Origin: Candidatus Moraniibacteriota bacterium
GTDB taxonomy: Bacteria > Patescibacteriota > Minisyncoccia > Moranbacterales > UBA1568
Length of the DNA stretch: 64,000 bases
Assembly (NCBI GenBank): GCA_016182385.1
Contig: JACPGV010000002.1
Location: 125,190 to 189,189 of the forward strand
Direction: 5' to 3'
The notes under the pieces are model-generated. The model ran no database searches and was not told the origin of the DNA. It worked only from the letters and a program-made list of their open reading frames with translations. Numbering within the stretch: the first letter of the stretch is position 1; each line of letters begins with the position of its first letter. Shown in pieces: positions 37,577 through 48,691 of the stretch. The position numbers were made by a program, and so were the translations under genes.

Positions 37577-38368
37577 ATGCAAACAATAACTTCTCCACAG
37601 AGTCCGAAATATACAGCGATCGGTGAAAACCACGGGAAATTTGAAATTCTCGGTTGTTATCCCGGATATGGTACAACGCTTGGTAACGCGCTTCGTCGAG
37701 TTCTTCTTTCCTCTTTGGAGGGTGCGGCCGCCAAATCAGTAAAAATCAAGGGTGTTTCTCATGAATTTTCGACGATTGACGGCGTCATGGAGGATGTCGT
37801 GCAAATTATTCTCAATCTCAAGCAAGTGCGTTTCAAGTTGCATGACGACGAGCCGATAAAGATTACTTTGAAGAATAAAGGCGAGGGGCAAGTGACTGCC
37901 AGTATGTTCAAAACTCCATCAAACGTCGAAGTGGTGAATGGAGATCAGATAATCGCTACGGTGACCGATAAGAAAACAGATTTGGAAATAGAAGTGGAGA
38001 TTGATAAGGGTGTTGGTTATGTTCCGGCGGAAAGCCGAGAGCGTGAAGAGCGTGAAATTGGCGTGATTGCCATTGATGCTATTTATACGCCGGTCAAGCG
38101 CGTGAATTATGAAATTGAAAACATGCGTGTCGGAAAGCGTACGGATTATGATAAGGTGACGATTGAAGTGGTGACCGATGGAAGCGTAAGTCCGACGGAG
38201 GCTTTTGAGAAAAGCGTTTCTATTCTCGTATCGCAGTTTTCCGCGTTGACACAAATGGAAAAAGAAGGAGGAGTAACGGAAGAAGAAACGAAGACGGATG
38301 AGGTTGTTGTTGCCAAAGAAGAAAAAGCTGAAAAGAAATCCGCGAAGAAGAAAAAATCTGAAGAATAA
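37577..38368 (+). CDS. rpoA: DNA-directed RNA polymerase alpha subunit, N-terminal domain only (no alpha-CTD), lysine/glutamate-rich tail
   Basis: 263 aa; alpha-NTD motifs (FEILGCYPGYGTTLGNALRRVLLSS..., dimerisation and beta/beta' contact regions) end at about residue 225, followed by low-complexity EEETKTDEVVVAKEEKAEKKSAKKKKSEE; no HhH alpha-CTD. Confidence 0.8.
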   Translation: MQTITSPQSPKYTAIGENHGKFEILGCYPGYGTTLGNALRRVLLSSLEGAAAKSVKIKGVSHEFSTIDGVMEDVVQIILNLKQVRFKLHDDEPIKITLKNKGEGQVTASMFKTPSNVEVVNGDQIIATVTDKKTDLEIEVEIDKGVGYVPAESREREEREIGVIAIDAIYTPVKRVNYEIENMRVGKRTDYDKVTIEVVTDGSVSPTEAFEKSVSILVSQFSALTQMEKEGGVTEEETKTDEVVVAKEEKAEKKSAKKKKSEE

Positions 38369-38387
38369 TTGATCGCAATAGTGAAGT

Positions 38388-38753
38388 ATGAAGCATAGAC
38401 ACACAGGCCGCGTTTTGAGTCGCGGACGCAATCAGCGACGAGCCCTTCTTAAAACTCTTTTGGGGAGCCTTATTTTGCGTGAACATATCACTACTACCGA
38501 AGCGAAAGCAAAAGAGGTGAAGAGTCTCATTGATCAGATCATCAATAAGGCAAAGGTAGGGAGGAGTAATGCGGATCGTCTTCCTGCGATTATTCGTGAA
38601 TTAGCCGGATATATCCCGGCGGTGGCTTCCAGAAAAATCCTTTCAGATTTTGGTGCCCGTTTTGATGGTCGAACCAGTGGATATACCAGAGTGTTGAAGC
38701 TTGACCGACGTAAAAGCGATAGTGCTAAAATGGCCGTCATCGAATTTGTATAA
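38388..38753 (+). CDS. rplQ: 50S ribosomal protein L17
   Basis: MKHRHTGRVLSRGRNQRRALLKTLLGSLILREHITTTEAKAKE...; 121 aa. Confidence 0.85.
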   Translation: MKHRHTGRVLSRGRNQRRALLKTLLGSLILREHITTTEAKAKEVKSLIDQIINKAKVGRSNADRLPAIIRELAGYIPAVASRKILSDFGARFDGRTSGYTRVLKLDRRKSDSAKMAVIEFV

Positions 38754-38758
38754 AGCAT

Positions 38759-39175
38759 ATGACACAAGCAAAGAAAATCATGGTTGATCGAAAGTATCAT
38801 CTTTTCAACGCTCAGGGAAAGGTGCTCGGTCGTTTAGCGACGGAGATTGCCACTATTCTTATGGGTAAGAATAAAGTGACGTACACGCCACACATTGATG
38901 GTGGCGATTTTGTGGTGGTTATCAACGTTGATGGTATTGATATCACTGGCAATAAGCGTGAGGGGAAAGTATACCATCGTTTTAGTGGATACCCTGGTGG
39001 TATTACGTCTGTTACTTTTAAGGAGCAAGTGAAACGTGACTCTCGAAAGGTTTTGTATCAAGCGGTGTATAATATGCTTCCGAAGAATAAATTACGCGAT
39101 CGTATGCTCAAGCGTCTCCTTTTGAATAAGAAGACTGAACACGGAGCAAAGGTTATTCACGTGACTCACGAATAA
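38759..39175 (+). CDS. rplM: 50S ribosomal protein L13
   Basis: VDRKYHLFNAQGKVLGRLATEIATILMGKNK...; 138 aa. Confidence 0.9.
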   Translation: MTQAKKIMVDRKYHLFNAQGKVLGRLATEIATILMGKNKVTYTPHIDGGDFVVVINVDGIDITGNKREGKVYHRFSGYPGGITSVTFKEQVKRDSRKVLYQAVYNMLPKNKLRDRMLKRLLLNKKTEHGAKVIHVTHE

Positions 39176-39190
39176 ATTTTTTTAACTGGT

Positions 39191-39667
39191 ATGGCAACAA
39201 CGAAGAAGGTTACAACAAAGAAAGCGACGACGACAAAAACAGCTGTCGCGAAAAAGAAGGAGGCGGTAAAAGATGATCGATATGTGTATGCTGTCGGTCG
39301 TCGAAAAACGGCTGTAGCGCAGGTGCGTCTTTATGCGGTGTCTCAAGCTGAAACCATGATGGTGAACAACCGAACAGTACGTGAGTATTTTGGTACGCTC
39401 GCTTTGGAGACGGTAGCGCTTTCTCCTCTCAAAGCTTGTGGATTGGAAGAAGCTTTTAAGGCGACTGTTTTGGTGCGAGGTGGCGGGCTCAATGGTCAGG
39501 CTGATGCTATAAAATTGGGCGTTGCTCGTGCCCTTTTGAAACATGATGTTCTTCTTCGTCCGACGCTAAAAGCGCAGGGATTTCTTACTCGTGATGCTCG
39601 TGCTGTCGAACGTAAGAAGCCAGGTCTCAAAAAGGCTCGTCGTGCACCACAGTGGGCGAAGCGCTAG
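39191..39667 (+). CDS. rpsI: 30S ribosomal protein S9 with T/K-rich N-terminal extension
   Basis: YVYAVGRRKTAVAQVRLY..., ends ...KKARRAPQWAKR as S9; about 30 aa ATTKKVTTKK extension. Confidence 0.85.
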   Translation: MATTKKVTTKKATTTKTAVAKKKEAVKDDRYVYAVGRRKTAVAQVRLYAVSQAETMMVNNRTVREYFGTLALETVALSPLKACGLEEAFKATVLVRGGGLNGQADAIKLGVARALLKHDVLLRPTLKAQGFLTRDARAVERKKPGLKKARRAPQWAKR

Positions 39668-39692
39668 TTTTGAATTATTTTCTATTGAGAAT

Positions 39693-39726
39693 AGAAAGCC
39701 CCGATTTTTCGGGGCTTTTATTTTCC
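39693..39726 (+). terminator. rho-independent terminator after rpsI (AAAGCCCCGATTTTTCGGGGCTTTTATTTT)
   Basis: GC hairpin plus T-run immediately after the rpsI stop. Confidence 0.7.
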
Positions 39727-39852
39727 TAATGAAATAAGTGTAACGAGAACTTGCTTTCGTTACCGAGTGAGTGACGGAAACAGAGAAGAGAATACCGCGC
39801 GGCTTATCTCGCGGTAAATACCATTTATTTTTCTTGAAAAAAGTTTTTCGTT

Positions 39853-41328
39853 TTAACGAAGGCTGAAGAAATCAATAGGTGGTCCAGAAAGGAAAAGACG
39901 GGCTACCGCGTTTCCGTTATTTTTTTGATCAGTGATGAAGTAGAGAGCGTCTTCTTCAAAGCGTGAGAGCACTTGCAAGAGAGAAGAGGGCGTCGTAATA
40001 ATGTCGACGATATTGCGACGATCGCGGCTGTCTATCTCAATAATTTTGATGGTTTTATCAGTAGAGAAAAAAACATGTTCGTAATCACGGGTCCATTGGA
40101 TATTGGAGAGCAGGGAAGAGAAACGAGCGATTTGGATAACGGTATCCGGTTCTCGTATCGGTTGAACATCCCAAAGACGAGTAAAGTATACGGAAATTTC
40201 ATTGTCCGTGAAAAAAAGAAGTTTTTTTCCGTCATCGGAGAACTGGACGCCGCGAACATTTTTTTCGGTGACTTTTCGCAGGGGCGCGCTTTGGAGGGAT
40301 GATTTATTGAACATGAATAACGCGCCAGAAACTTTTTCTCTCAGGGAAAGCCGGGTATCATCATATACAACAAGAGAATAGGGTTTTTCGGGTGAATCTA
40401 TCGGCGTGAGGGTAATTTGAATGGGAGTGGTTTGATTATTAGCGTCAACGGGAATCTTATATACGATCCCGTTTTCTTTTTGAAGATAATAGATATTTTT
40501 TCCAGAAATATCATATGTTTGTATATTTTCTCTTACTAAGAAAGGGTTTTTTTGTGTAGCTTCCGTGTCAATTCGATAGAGTTGATCGCCTGCTTGGTAG
40601 AGAAGAAAGTTTTTGAAAACAGGATCCCAGCGAGGATTTTTTATTTCGTCGTTCGGTACGAGATCATTGAGAAGAAAAGAGGTCTTGTCATTTTTTTTGA
40701 CAACGAAATAGAGACGACGATTTTCTTGTTCGGCTGGTATTATCAACTTTTCGCTTTCCGGATCCCATTCGATATTTTCTTCATTGCCACGAAATAAAGA
40801 GGCATTTTCCAGTGAAAATACGGTTTCATCGGTCAATCTTTCATTCACATCGATAACATCGACGGAAAAAACTCCTTCTTTGTTTTTGGCGACAGCGAAA
40901 AGACCCTTTTCGAGAGCTTGGAATATTCTTGTGGCAAAGGCAGTTTGGGGAAGGACCTCTGGAACATCATATTTTTTGACGAGGAGAACATTCCAAAATT
41001 CCGTGGAAAGCCCACTATGGATAACTATTTTTTTTGACCAAGGCACATAGCCGGGAGCAGAAATTTCCAGAAAGTGTTCACCGGGGGCAAGTCCGTCAAT
41101 GTGGATGGAATTATTGATGATGCCAAGGCGTTTTTGAGGAACAAGTTCTCCGTTAATGCGGATATCAACCGTTTCAGGAGTGGATTTGACGGTTACTGAT
41201 CCGGTGTAGATAAAAATACCTCGTTCCAAGTTGAAGCGGTATCCAAACGCATTAAAAAGCGTCAGACCGGCAGTGACGAAAAAAGAAAAAGAAAATAAAC
41301 AAAAAAGAATGAATCGTCCTCGTTTCAT
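39853..41328 (-). CDS. hypothetical membrane-anchored protein with PD40/WD40-like beta-propeller repeats
   Basis: 491 aa; N-terminal TM helix; repeats such as DDGKKLLFFTDNEISVY resembling TolB PD40 repeats. Confidence 0.5.
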   Translation of the reverse strand: MKRGRFILFCLFSFSFFVTAGLTLFNAFGYRFNLERGIFIYTGSVTVKSTPETVDIRINGELVPQKRLGIINNSIHIDGLAPGEHFLEISAPGYVPWSKKIVIHSGLSTEFWNVLLVKKYDVPEVLPQTAFATRIFQALEKGLFAVAKNKEGVFSVDVIDVNERLTDETVFSLENASLFRGNEENIEWDPESEKLIIPAEQENRRLYFVVKKNDKTSFLLNDLVPNDEIKNPRWDPVFKNFLLYQAGDQLYRIDTEATQKNPFLVRENIQTYDISGKNIYYLQKENGIVYKIPVDANNQTTPIQITLTPIDSPEKPYSLVVYDDTRLSLREKVSGALFMFNKSSLQSAPLRKVTEKNVRGVQFSDDGKKLLFFTDNEISVYFTRLWDVQPIREPDTVIQIARFSSLLSNIQWTRDYEHVFFSTDKTIKIIEIDSRDRRNIVDIITTPSSLLQVLSRFEEDALYFITDQKNNGNAVARLFLSGPPIDFFSLR

Positions 41329-41443
41329 AATGTTTGTATAATAGCACTTATGGCTTAAAAAAGCAATTTTTTAACTTTTTTGATAATATTTTTTTGACAG
41401 CATGTTTCGGGACGTGTACACTGGCGGTGTTTTGTAGAAACGT

Positions 41444-41938
41444 ATGATTGATATTTTTTCGATTCTTCATCTTCCGAAAAATATTGCGGGCGACATTTCC
41501 CTCTTGCTTCTTTTTGTGGTGATCAGCCTTGTTTTTGGTTTCATTTTTGGTCGTTGGAAACTTATTAATATTCTCATCAATGTGTATATCGCCATTGCCT
41601 TCATGAGTGTTTTTCCGGCGCAATTTTTCGCTTTTTCCGCGTATGGAAAAGCCGTTGTTTTTCTTCTTCTTTTGGTGACTCTTTCCTTCGTTGATAAACG
41701 ATTGTTTGATTTACATATTTCTAGCGCTGGAACAGATTTTTTTTGGCGCCTATTTGTCACGAGTATTTTGGTGGCGGGTATGGTAGTGAGTGCGACCCTT
41801 TCTTTTTTGCCAAAAGGAGTAGCCTTAGATTTGATCTCTAGTGTGGTATATGAATATTTTGCTTCTCCTTTGGCGGTAATTTTTTGGATGATTGTCCCGC
41901 TTCTTTCCCTTCTTTTTATCAATAATCGACTGAAGTAA
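41444..41938 (+). CDS. hypothetical polytopic membrane protein (164 aa)
   Basis: 4-5 predicted TM helices; no motif. Confidence 0.45.
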   Translation: MIDIFSILHLPKNIAGDISLLLLFVVISLVFGFIFGRWKLINILINVYIAIAFMSVFPAQFFAFSAYGKAVVFLLLLVTLSFVDKRLFDLHISSAGTDFFWRLFVTSILVAGMVVSATLSFLPKGVALDLISSVVYEYFASPLAVIFWMIVPLLSLLFINNRLK

Positions 41939-42038
41939 TTGTTCGCGGGATGGACGTTTGAAAAAAACCTTTTAATAAAGGATTTTTTGTAACTTTTTTT
42001 CTTTCTTGTTTGCAAAAAACAAGAAGCCTTTTTTGCCC

Positions 42039-42066
42039 TTGACAGAGCATACAAACTTGCTATACT
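42039..42066 (+). promoter_or_regulatory. candidate rRNA promoter TTGACA-16-TATACT
   Basis: -35 TTGACA 42039-42044, -10 TATACT 42061-42066, about 245 nt upstream of the 16S 5' end. Confidence 0.55.
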
Positions 42067-42310
42067 AGACAAGCAATCTAAATGTAAATAGATTGCTTTT
42101 GTTTCTTTTTGTTTTTACAAAAAGGGTGAGCACTTTAACAATTGAGCCAAAACAATAAAATTAATCGCAATTTTTTGCGGTTAGTCCTCACTTGGAAATC
42201 GCTTCGGCGATGGAAGAGTGATTACGGAAACTCTATTCTACAATGAATCTGAAATCTTTTTGAGTGAGATATATCAAAGAGAGTTTGAGCAATCAAATGA
42301 TTCGCATATC

Positions 42311-43809
<1,499 letters not shown>

Positions 43810-44005
43810 AGGGAGTAAATGGTGTACATGTTACTTGTATCTTCGGATAGAAGTAACCAAGAGTTGAGAGTCAATCTCAAATTCTTAACCAATTATGGTC
43901 GCTCATTACGATTTAGTTGTCAGCGTTTCGACAAAGACAACCGTAGTAATGAAACATAATTTAGAGTTACGTAATAGAAGGACTAGCCGCAAAAGTTTGT
44001 GAATA

Positions 44006-44036
44006 AAAAACACCTTTTATTTGAGGTGTTTTTTGT
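44006..44036 (+). terminator. rho-independent terminator downstream of 16S (AAAAAACACCTTTTATTTGAGGTGTTTTTTGTTTT)
   Basis: Hairpin CACCT..AGGTG with flanking A- and T-tracts about 200 nt after the 16S 3' end. Confidence 0.65.
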
Positions 44037-44278
44037 TTTAGTTTGCTGGAAAATGAGTTAATTCGTTTTGGATAAAAAGAGTGCTTGCTTATGGTTTCGA
44101 AAGAACGACTAGAAAAATTTAAACAACTTTTTTAATATGATCTAATATAGTCAAAATATAAGGAAAAATGATATAAAAATTATGGCTTATTATAAACATA
44201 TATATAAAAAATTGAATACATTATTGATTTATTATATCAAAAATGATATAATTAAGGTATAAAAATGATATAAAACTT

Positions 44279-45346
44279 ATGCCAAAAATTACCAGCAATA
44301 AACTAAACGAACGGCAAAACGTTATATTAGTTTTTATCGAAGACAGTAAATCTGTTTCAATTGGACAGATTTTTGAGCATATCCAAAATGGTTTTGAGAA
44401 GATTACGAGGATAACTGTTTCAAGAGATTTGGAAAAATTGCTAAACATCAATTTAATTGAAAAACAAGGAAAATCAAAAAGAACTATCGTTTATCGGATT
44501 TCGTCCCAGTATTCGATGCTGAAAAAAATTGATGTTGAAAAATATTTTGCTCAAGATGTTGACCAACGAAAAATCAGAGAAACTTTTAACTTTGATATTT
44601 TTAGTCAATTGAAAGATATTTTCACTGAGACTGAAAAAAACAGACTCTCAGAGCTGAATGATATTTACCGAGATAAGATAAAGGACATTGCACCAGATGC
44701 TTTTAGAAAGGAAATTGAGAGACTAAATATCGATTTTAGCTGGAAGTCTTCCAAGATTGAGGGTAATACTTACAGTTTGCTAGAAACCGAACAGCTTATC
44801 AAAAACCAGCAAGAAGCCTCAGGTCATACCAAGGAGGAGGCCGTGATGATTTTGAATCACAAGAAGACTCTGGACTATATTGGAAATAATAAAAAGGATT
44901 TCCAATTGGTATCTGTTGCTAAGATTGAAAATGTCCATTCTTTTCTGGTAGATGGTTTGAACGTGACCAAAAATTTGAGAAAAAGTTTGGTAGGAATAAC
45001 TGGCACGAATTACAAGCCATTGGATAATGAATTCCAAATCAGAGAGGCTTTAGAAAAGACTTGTCAAACAGTCAATGAAACAAAAAACGTTTTTGAAAAA
45101 GCGGTGATTTTGATGTTGCTTATCGCATATATCCAGCCGTTTGTTGATGGCAATAAAAGAACGAGTCGTTTAAGTGGCAATGCCGTTTTGCAATCGTTTG
45201 ATTCCTGTCCGCTTTCGTATCGCAGTATGGACGAAATTGAATACAAAAAGGCGATTTTACTATTCTATGAGCAGAATAATATCTCATACTTCAAGGAATT
45301 GTTCTTGAAGCAGTTTGAGTTTGCTGTGGAAAATTACTTCGGATGA
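44279..45346 (+). CDS. HTH-Fic/DOC family protein with degenerate Fic motif (QPFVDGNKRTSR instead of HPFx[DE]GNGRxxR)
   Basis: 355 aa; N-terminal wHTH (ITRITVSRDLEKLLNINLIEK), central Fic core ...AVILMLLIAYIQPFVDGNKRTSRLSGNAVL; coding GC is much lower (about 33-35%) than surrounding genes. Confidence 0.75.
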   Translation: MPKITSNKLNERQNVILVFIEDSKSVSIGQIFEHIQNGFEKITRITVSRDLEKLLNINLIEKQGKSKRTIVYRISSQYSMLKKIDVEKYFAQDVDQRKIRETFNFDIFSQLKDIFTETEKNRLSELNDIYRDKIKDIAPDAFRKEIERLNIDFSWKSSKIEGNTYSLLETEQLIKNQQEASGHTKEEAVMILNHKKTLDYIGNNKKDFQLVSVAKIENVHSFLVDGLNVTKNLRKSLVGITGTNYKPLDNEFQIREALEKTCQTVNETKNVFEKAVILMLLIAYIQPFVDGNKRTSRLSGNAVLQSFDSCPLSYRSMDEIEYKKAILLFYEQNNISYFKELFLKQFEFAVENYFG

Positions 45347-45437
45347 AAACAAAAAAATTCCTAAAGGTTTTTTTATCTATTCGAACATAATCAATGTTAT
45401 ATTGTTGGTGAATAATACCTCAATATGAAACAGTGAT

Positions 45438-46382
45438 ATGAATCAGGAAAAATTGGGGAGAAAACTGGTCAAAGGGGAATTATTTGATTTGATGTTATAT
45501 AGAGCGCTTCAGAAACAAACGCGAGGTGATCTGGCGAGTCTTTTTGATGAACTCATTCCCGTGGAGGAGCGACATTATGCTTTTTGGGAAAATTTTTTTC
45601 AGATACATGATATTCGTTTGAGTTTGTTGGATCGATTTCGAATCTGGTTTTTCAAGTTTTTTTGTCGGATATTTGGGACAGCAGGAGTCAATCTTCTTCT
45701 TGAAGCGATAGAAATCAATGGTATAAAAAAATATCTCGCGGTTTGGGAGCTGTATAAAAATGAACCAGTAGGGGTTGCTGTTCGTAACATTCTTGACGAT
45801 GAGTTTCGTCATGAAGACGCGATTATTTCTGATAAGATTGATCGAAAAATTCACCCGGAAAGAATTAGAAATGTTTTTTTGGGATTAAATGATGGTTTGG
45901 TAGAAATTCTCGGCGCGGTAAGTGGATTTTTTATAGCGTTTCAAACACTTCCTCTGGTATTGGTGGCGTCATGTACCGTGGCCATCGCAGGTGCGTTTTC
46001 AATGGCGGCCGGCGCTTTTGTGGCTGTTGGAGCAGAACGTGAAGCAGAAGGAGTAGAAAGAAGTAAAAAACGATACTTAGGAGAAGGAGAGGAAAATACG
46101 CGGTCGGAGCGTCCTTTAGGGGCAGCAATCTTGGTTGGCGCCTCATATCTTTTTGGGGCGGCAATACCGATTGTACCAGTGTTTTTTGGATCGGAAAGTG
46201 TGGTTGTATCAATGGTTGTTTCTGGTATTATCGTTTCCATTGTATCGATGATCCTTTCTTTTCTTTCCGGCATGGATATAAGGCGTCGTGTAGCTACCAA
46301 TCTCGTTATCATTGCTCTTGCCGTTGGCGTGACGGCATTTATTGGATATGGAGCGCGATTATTGTTTGGTGTAGAAGTGTAA
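45438..46382 (+). CDS. VIT1/CCC1 family Fe/Mn transporter with N-terminal ferritin-like (rubrerythrin-like) domain
   Basis: 314 aa; N-terminal ferritin-like helices (EERHYAFWENFF..., DDEFRHEDAII), then GLNDGLVEILGAVSGF and 4-5 TM helices typical of VIT1. Confidence 0.7.
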   Translation: MNQEKLGRKLVKGELFDLMLYRALQKQTRGDLASLFDELIPVEERHYAFWENFFQIHDIRLSLLDRFRIWFFKFFCRIFGTAGVNLLLEAIEINGIKKYLAVWELYKNEPVGVAVRNILDDEFRHEDAIISDKIDRKIHPERIRNVFLGLNDGLVEILGAVSGFFIAFQTLPLVLVASCTVAIAGAFSMAAGAFVAVGAEREAEGVERSKKRYLGEGEENTRSERPLGAAILVGASYLFGAAIPIVPVFFGSESVVVSMVVSGIIVSIVSMILSFLSGMDIRRRVATNLVIIALAVGVTAFIGYGARLLFGVEV

Positions 46383-46419
46383 TCGGGACACTACCTTTCT
46401 TCGTGATATAATAAACGAT

Positions 46420-47841
46420 ATGTCACGAAAGGAAAAACAGCATCGGCAGAAACAATTTTTGCGGCGTTTGTTTCGTCTCCATCTGGTATTGACGGCAATT
46501 TTTCTTGGCGGGTATTTTTCTGTTGTTTTGTTTGATCCGGGATTTTTTTCTTATGATATCCGACAAAAATATCGTCTTTTCGCTGACGATATTGTCGTAT
46601 CGGCTGTTGTGCTTGGACCACCTGCGACACCGGTAGTGACAGCTACTTCGATATGCAATACTTCTACTGGAACGTTGAGCGTATCGCTTGATTGGGCTGA
46701 TGATCCAAATACGTATACTTATGATATCGATCGTGATAGTCTCCCCCTTGTCAGCGGCCTTTCCGCTTCTTCTTATAGTGATACGACTGTTTCACTGGCT
46801 ACGACGTATTCGTATGTTGTCACGGCCAATGGTCCTATGGGTCCGGGGTTTGCCGCATCCGCGCCGGTGTCTGTCACCACACACTCCGAATGTGAAATCA
46901 CCGCGCCCACCCCGACGGTAACAATCACTTCTTTTGATGGAAGTAGCGTTGGTTCGTATGATGGTATGCCACGGGTAAGTCACCGGCGACCGAAATTTGC
47001 CGGAACAACCAATATTCCCAATGCGACGATACAGGTAGTTGTCGGTCCGCTTTCCAGTATTGCTATTCAGTTTTCCGCCAATGCTAATGGATATTGGGAA
47101 TGGCGTCCGACATCAGGACTCCCCACTGGAACGCAAACATTTACGGTGACAGCGATTGATCCGCTTGATAATGCTCGACAGGCCAGTACATCGCTTCAAT
47201 TTGGTATCAAGAAACGCGATGACGAGGGCGGTGGTGGATCGACGCCTCTTATAGTGACCACGCCATCAAAAGGAGGTATTTCTGAAAAACCGGCAACGGC
47301 GCCACTTGATTTTTCTCTTTCTATCGAAAATGAAAACGACGAGGTACTGCAGGGTGGTGAAATTCGATCACGCATTGTTATCAAAAAGGTTGTTCAGCAG
47401 TATGATGGACAGACGGTTCCTATCCGCTATCGATTTTTAGATAAACAAGGAAACACGATACGCTCTTTTTTGCATGAAGGAAAATTGAAACGGGGACAAA
47501 TTATAGAAGAAACATTTGCCGTGCCCCTCTACGTCGCTTCCGGCGCGTATTCTCTACAAGCAGAAATAATGCTTGATGACATCATCGTCAGTCGCATGAA
47601 TGGTTTTTTGATTATTGAGCTTCCGTTGGTCCAGCTTGGTGGCGGGGTGACAATTTCTTACGCAGAAATAATGCATCAATTTGGATGGATATCACTCCTT
47701 CTCCTTCTCTCGTTTCTTTTGTGGATTTTTATGTTTTTGCGTGAGTATTGGATGTATTTGCATGCTTTTCGACATGTCGCTGAAGAACAGCTAAAAAAAG
47801 CGGGTTTTTTGACCCGTAAAAGAAAGGGGGTGGCACGATGA
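46420..47841 (+). CDS. hypothetical surface protein with Ig/Fn3-like domains, N- and C-terminal TM helices
   Basis: 473 aa; TM near the N-terminus, Thr/Ser-rich beta-rich repeats (TGTLSVSLDWADDPNTYTYDIDRD; TFTVTAIDPLDNA), C-terminal TM (WISLLLLLSFLLWIFMF). Confidence 0.5.
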   Translation: MSRKEKQHRQKQFLRRLFRLHLVLTAIFLGGYFSVVLFDPGFFSYDIRQKYRLFADDIVVSAVVLGPPATPVVTATSICNTSTGTLSVSLDWADDPNTYTYDIDRDSLPLVSGLSASSYSDTTVSLATTYSYVVTANGPMGPGFAASAPVSVTTHSECEITAPTPTVTITSFDGSSVGSYDGMPRVSHRRPKFAGTTNIPNATIQVVVGPLSSIAIQFSANANGYWEWRPTSGLPTGTQTFTVTAIDPLDNARQASTSLQFGIKKRDDEGGGGSTPLIVTTPSKGGISEKPATAPLDFSLSIENENDEVLQGGEIRSRIVIKKVVQQYDGQTVPIRYRFLDKQGNTIRSFLHEGKLKRGQIIEETFAVPLYVASGAYSLQAEIMLDDIIVSRMNGFLIIELPLVQLGGGVTISYAEIMHQFGWISLLLLLSFLLWIFMFLREYWMYLHAFRHVAEEQLKKAGFLTRKRKGVAR

Positions 47842-48152
47842 CAACGGTGAAGATTCTTTTTATCGGAATGGATTCGGTGACCATAGCGATTTTTATGCTC
47901 ATTCTTGTTTTTTCCATCGGTATCGTATGGCGCGTGGAAAAAGAGCTTGATTTGTCGTACAAGTTTTTTGTGTTGGCGGCTGGATGTTTGACGTTGGCGG
48001 AAATTCTTGGGTTTTATGCTCATCCACCTTTTGAGCTGGTGGCTTTTGACAAGGGGTTACGATTGGGAGGAGCAATTTTTCTTCTTGTAAGTGTTTTTCT
48101 GATGAGGGATCTTATTCGGAAATTAGATGGTGAAAAGGAGCCAAGAAAATAA
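47838..48152 (+). CDS. small hypothetical membrane protein (104 aa)
   Basis: Start overlaps the upstream stop (ATGA); 3 TM helices; followed by a bidirectional GC hairpin terminator at 48166-48205. Confidence 0.4.
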   Translation: MTTVKILFIGMDSVTIAIFMLILVFSIGIVWRVEKELDLSYKFFVLAAGCLTLAEILGFYAHPPFELVAFDKGLRLGGAIFLLVSVFLMRDLIRKLDGEKEPRK

Positions 48153-48203
48153 ACACTTGAAATAAAAACCCGCCGTGGCATTGCCCGGCGGGTTGTTGTT
48201 TTT

Positions 48204-48629
48204 TTAGAAGGTTATCTCGCGGAATTCCGTGAGATAATATTCGTCTTTTACTGCTACTTTTTTTATTATGAAGTAAGCTCCTTTCTTAAAGCTTACTTGG
48301 GCCCCCAGGATCGAATCAATGAATGCCTGGGCTTCTTCACAGTTTTTAGCAACTTTTTTTTCTTTTAGGAGAACGATAAATCCCCTCTTTGTTCTTTTTT
48401 TTCTCAAGATTCCTACTCTGTGGAGGGGATTGTTCCCCAGGAATATCACCCGAAGTCGATTTCCGACTTCGAAAAGCTCTGGCCCCCTCCTTGTTCGAAA
48501 ATTCGAACTTCTGAGGCACAAAATCGGGTGCCCCAGATTAAATGGTAGTACTTTTTCCATCTTTCCTCCTTTTTGAGTTGTTAAAAAAACAATAACTTTA
48601 TTTATAGCAAGAATAGGTTTATTTGTCAA
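48204..48629 (-). CDS. hypothetical protein (start probably at internal MEKV, about 48563)
   Basis: ORF of 141 aa on the minus strand after the bidirectional terminator; no motif recognised. Confidence 0.35.
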   Translation of the reverse strand: MTNKPILAINKVIVFLTTQKGGKMEKVLPFNLGHPILCLRSSNFRTRRGPELFEVGNRLRVIFLGNNPLHRVGILRKKRTKRGFIVLLKEKKVAKNCEEAQAFIDSILGAQVSFKKGAYFIIKKVAVKDEYYLTEFREITF

Positions 48630-48691
48630 TGGCGCAAGGTTGATTTATTTTATAAAAGATGCTATTGTAGAAGGAATAAAAATGCTATTTT

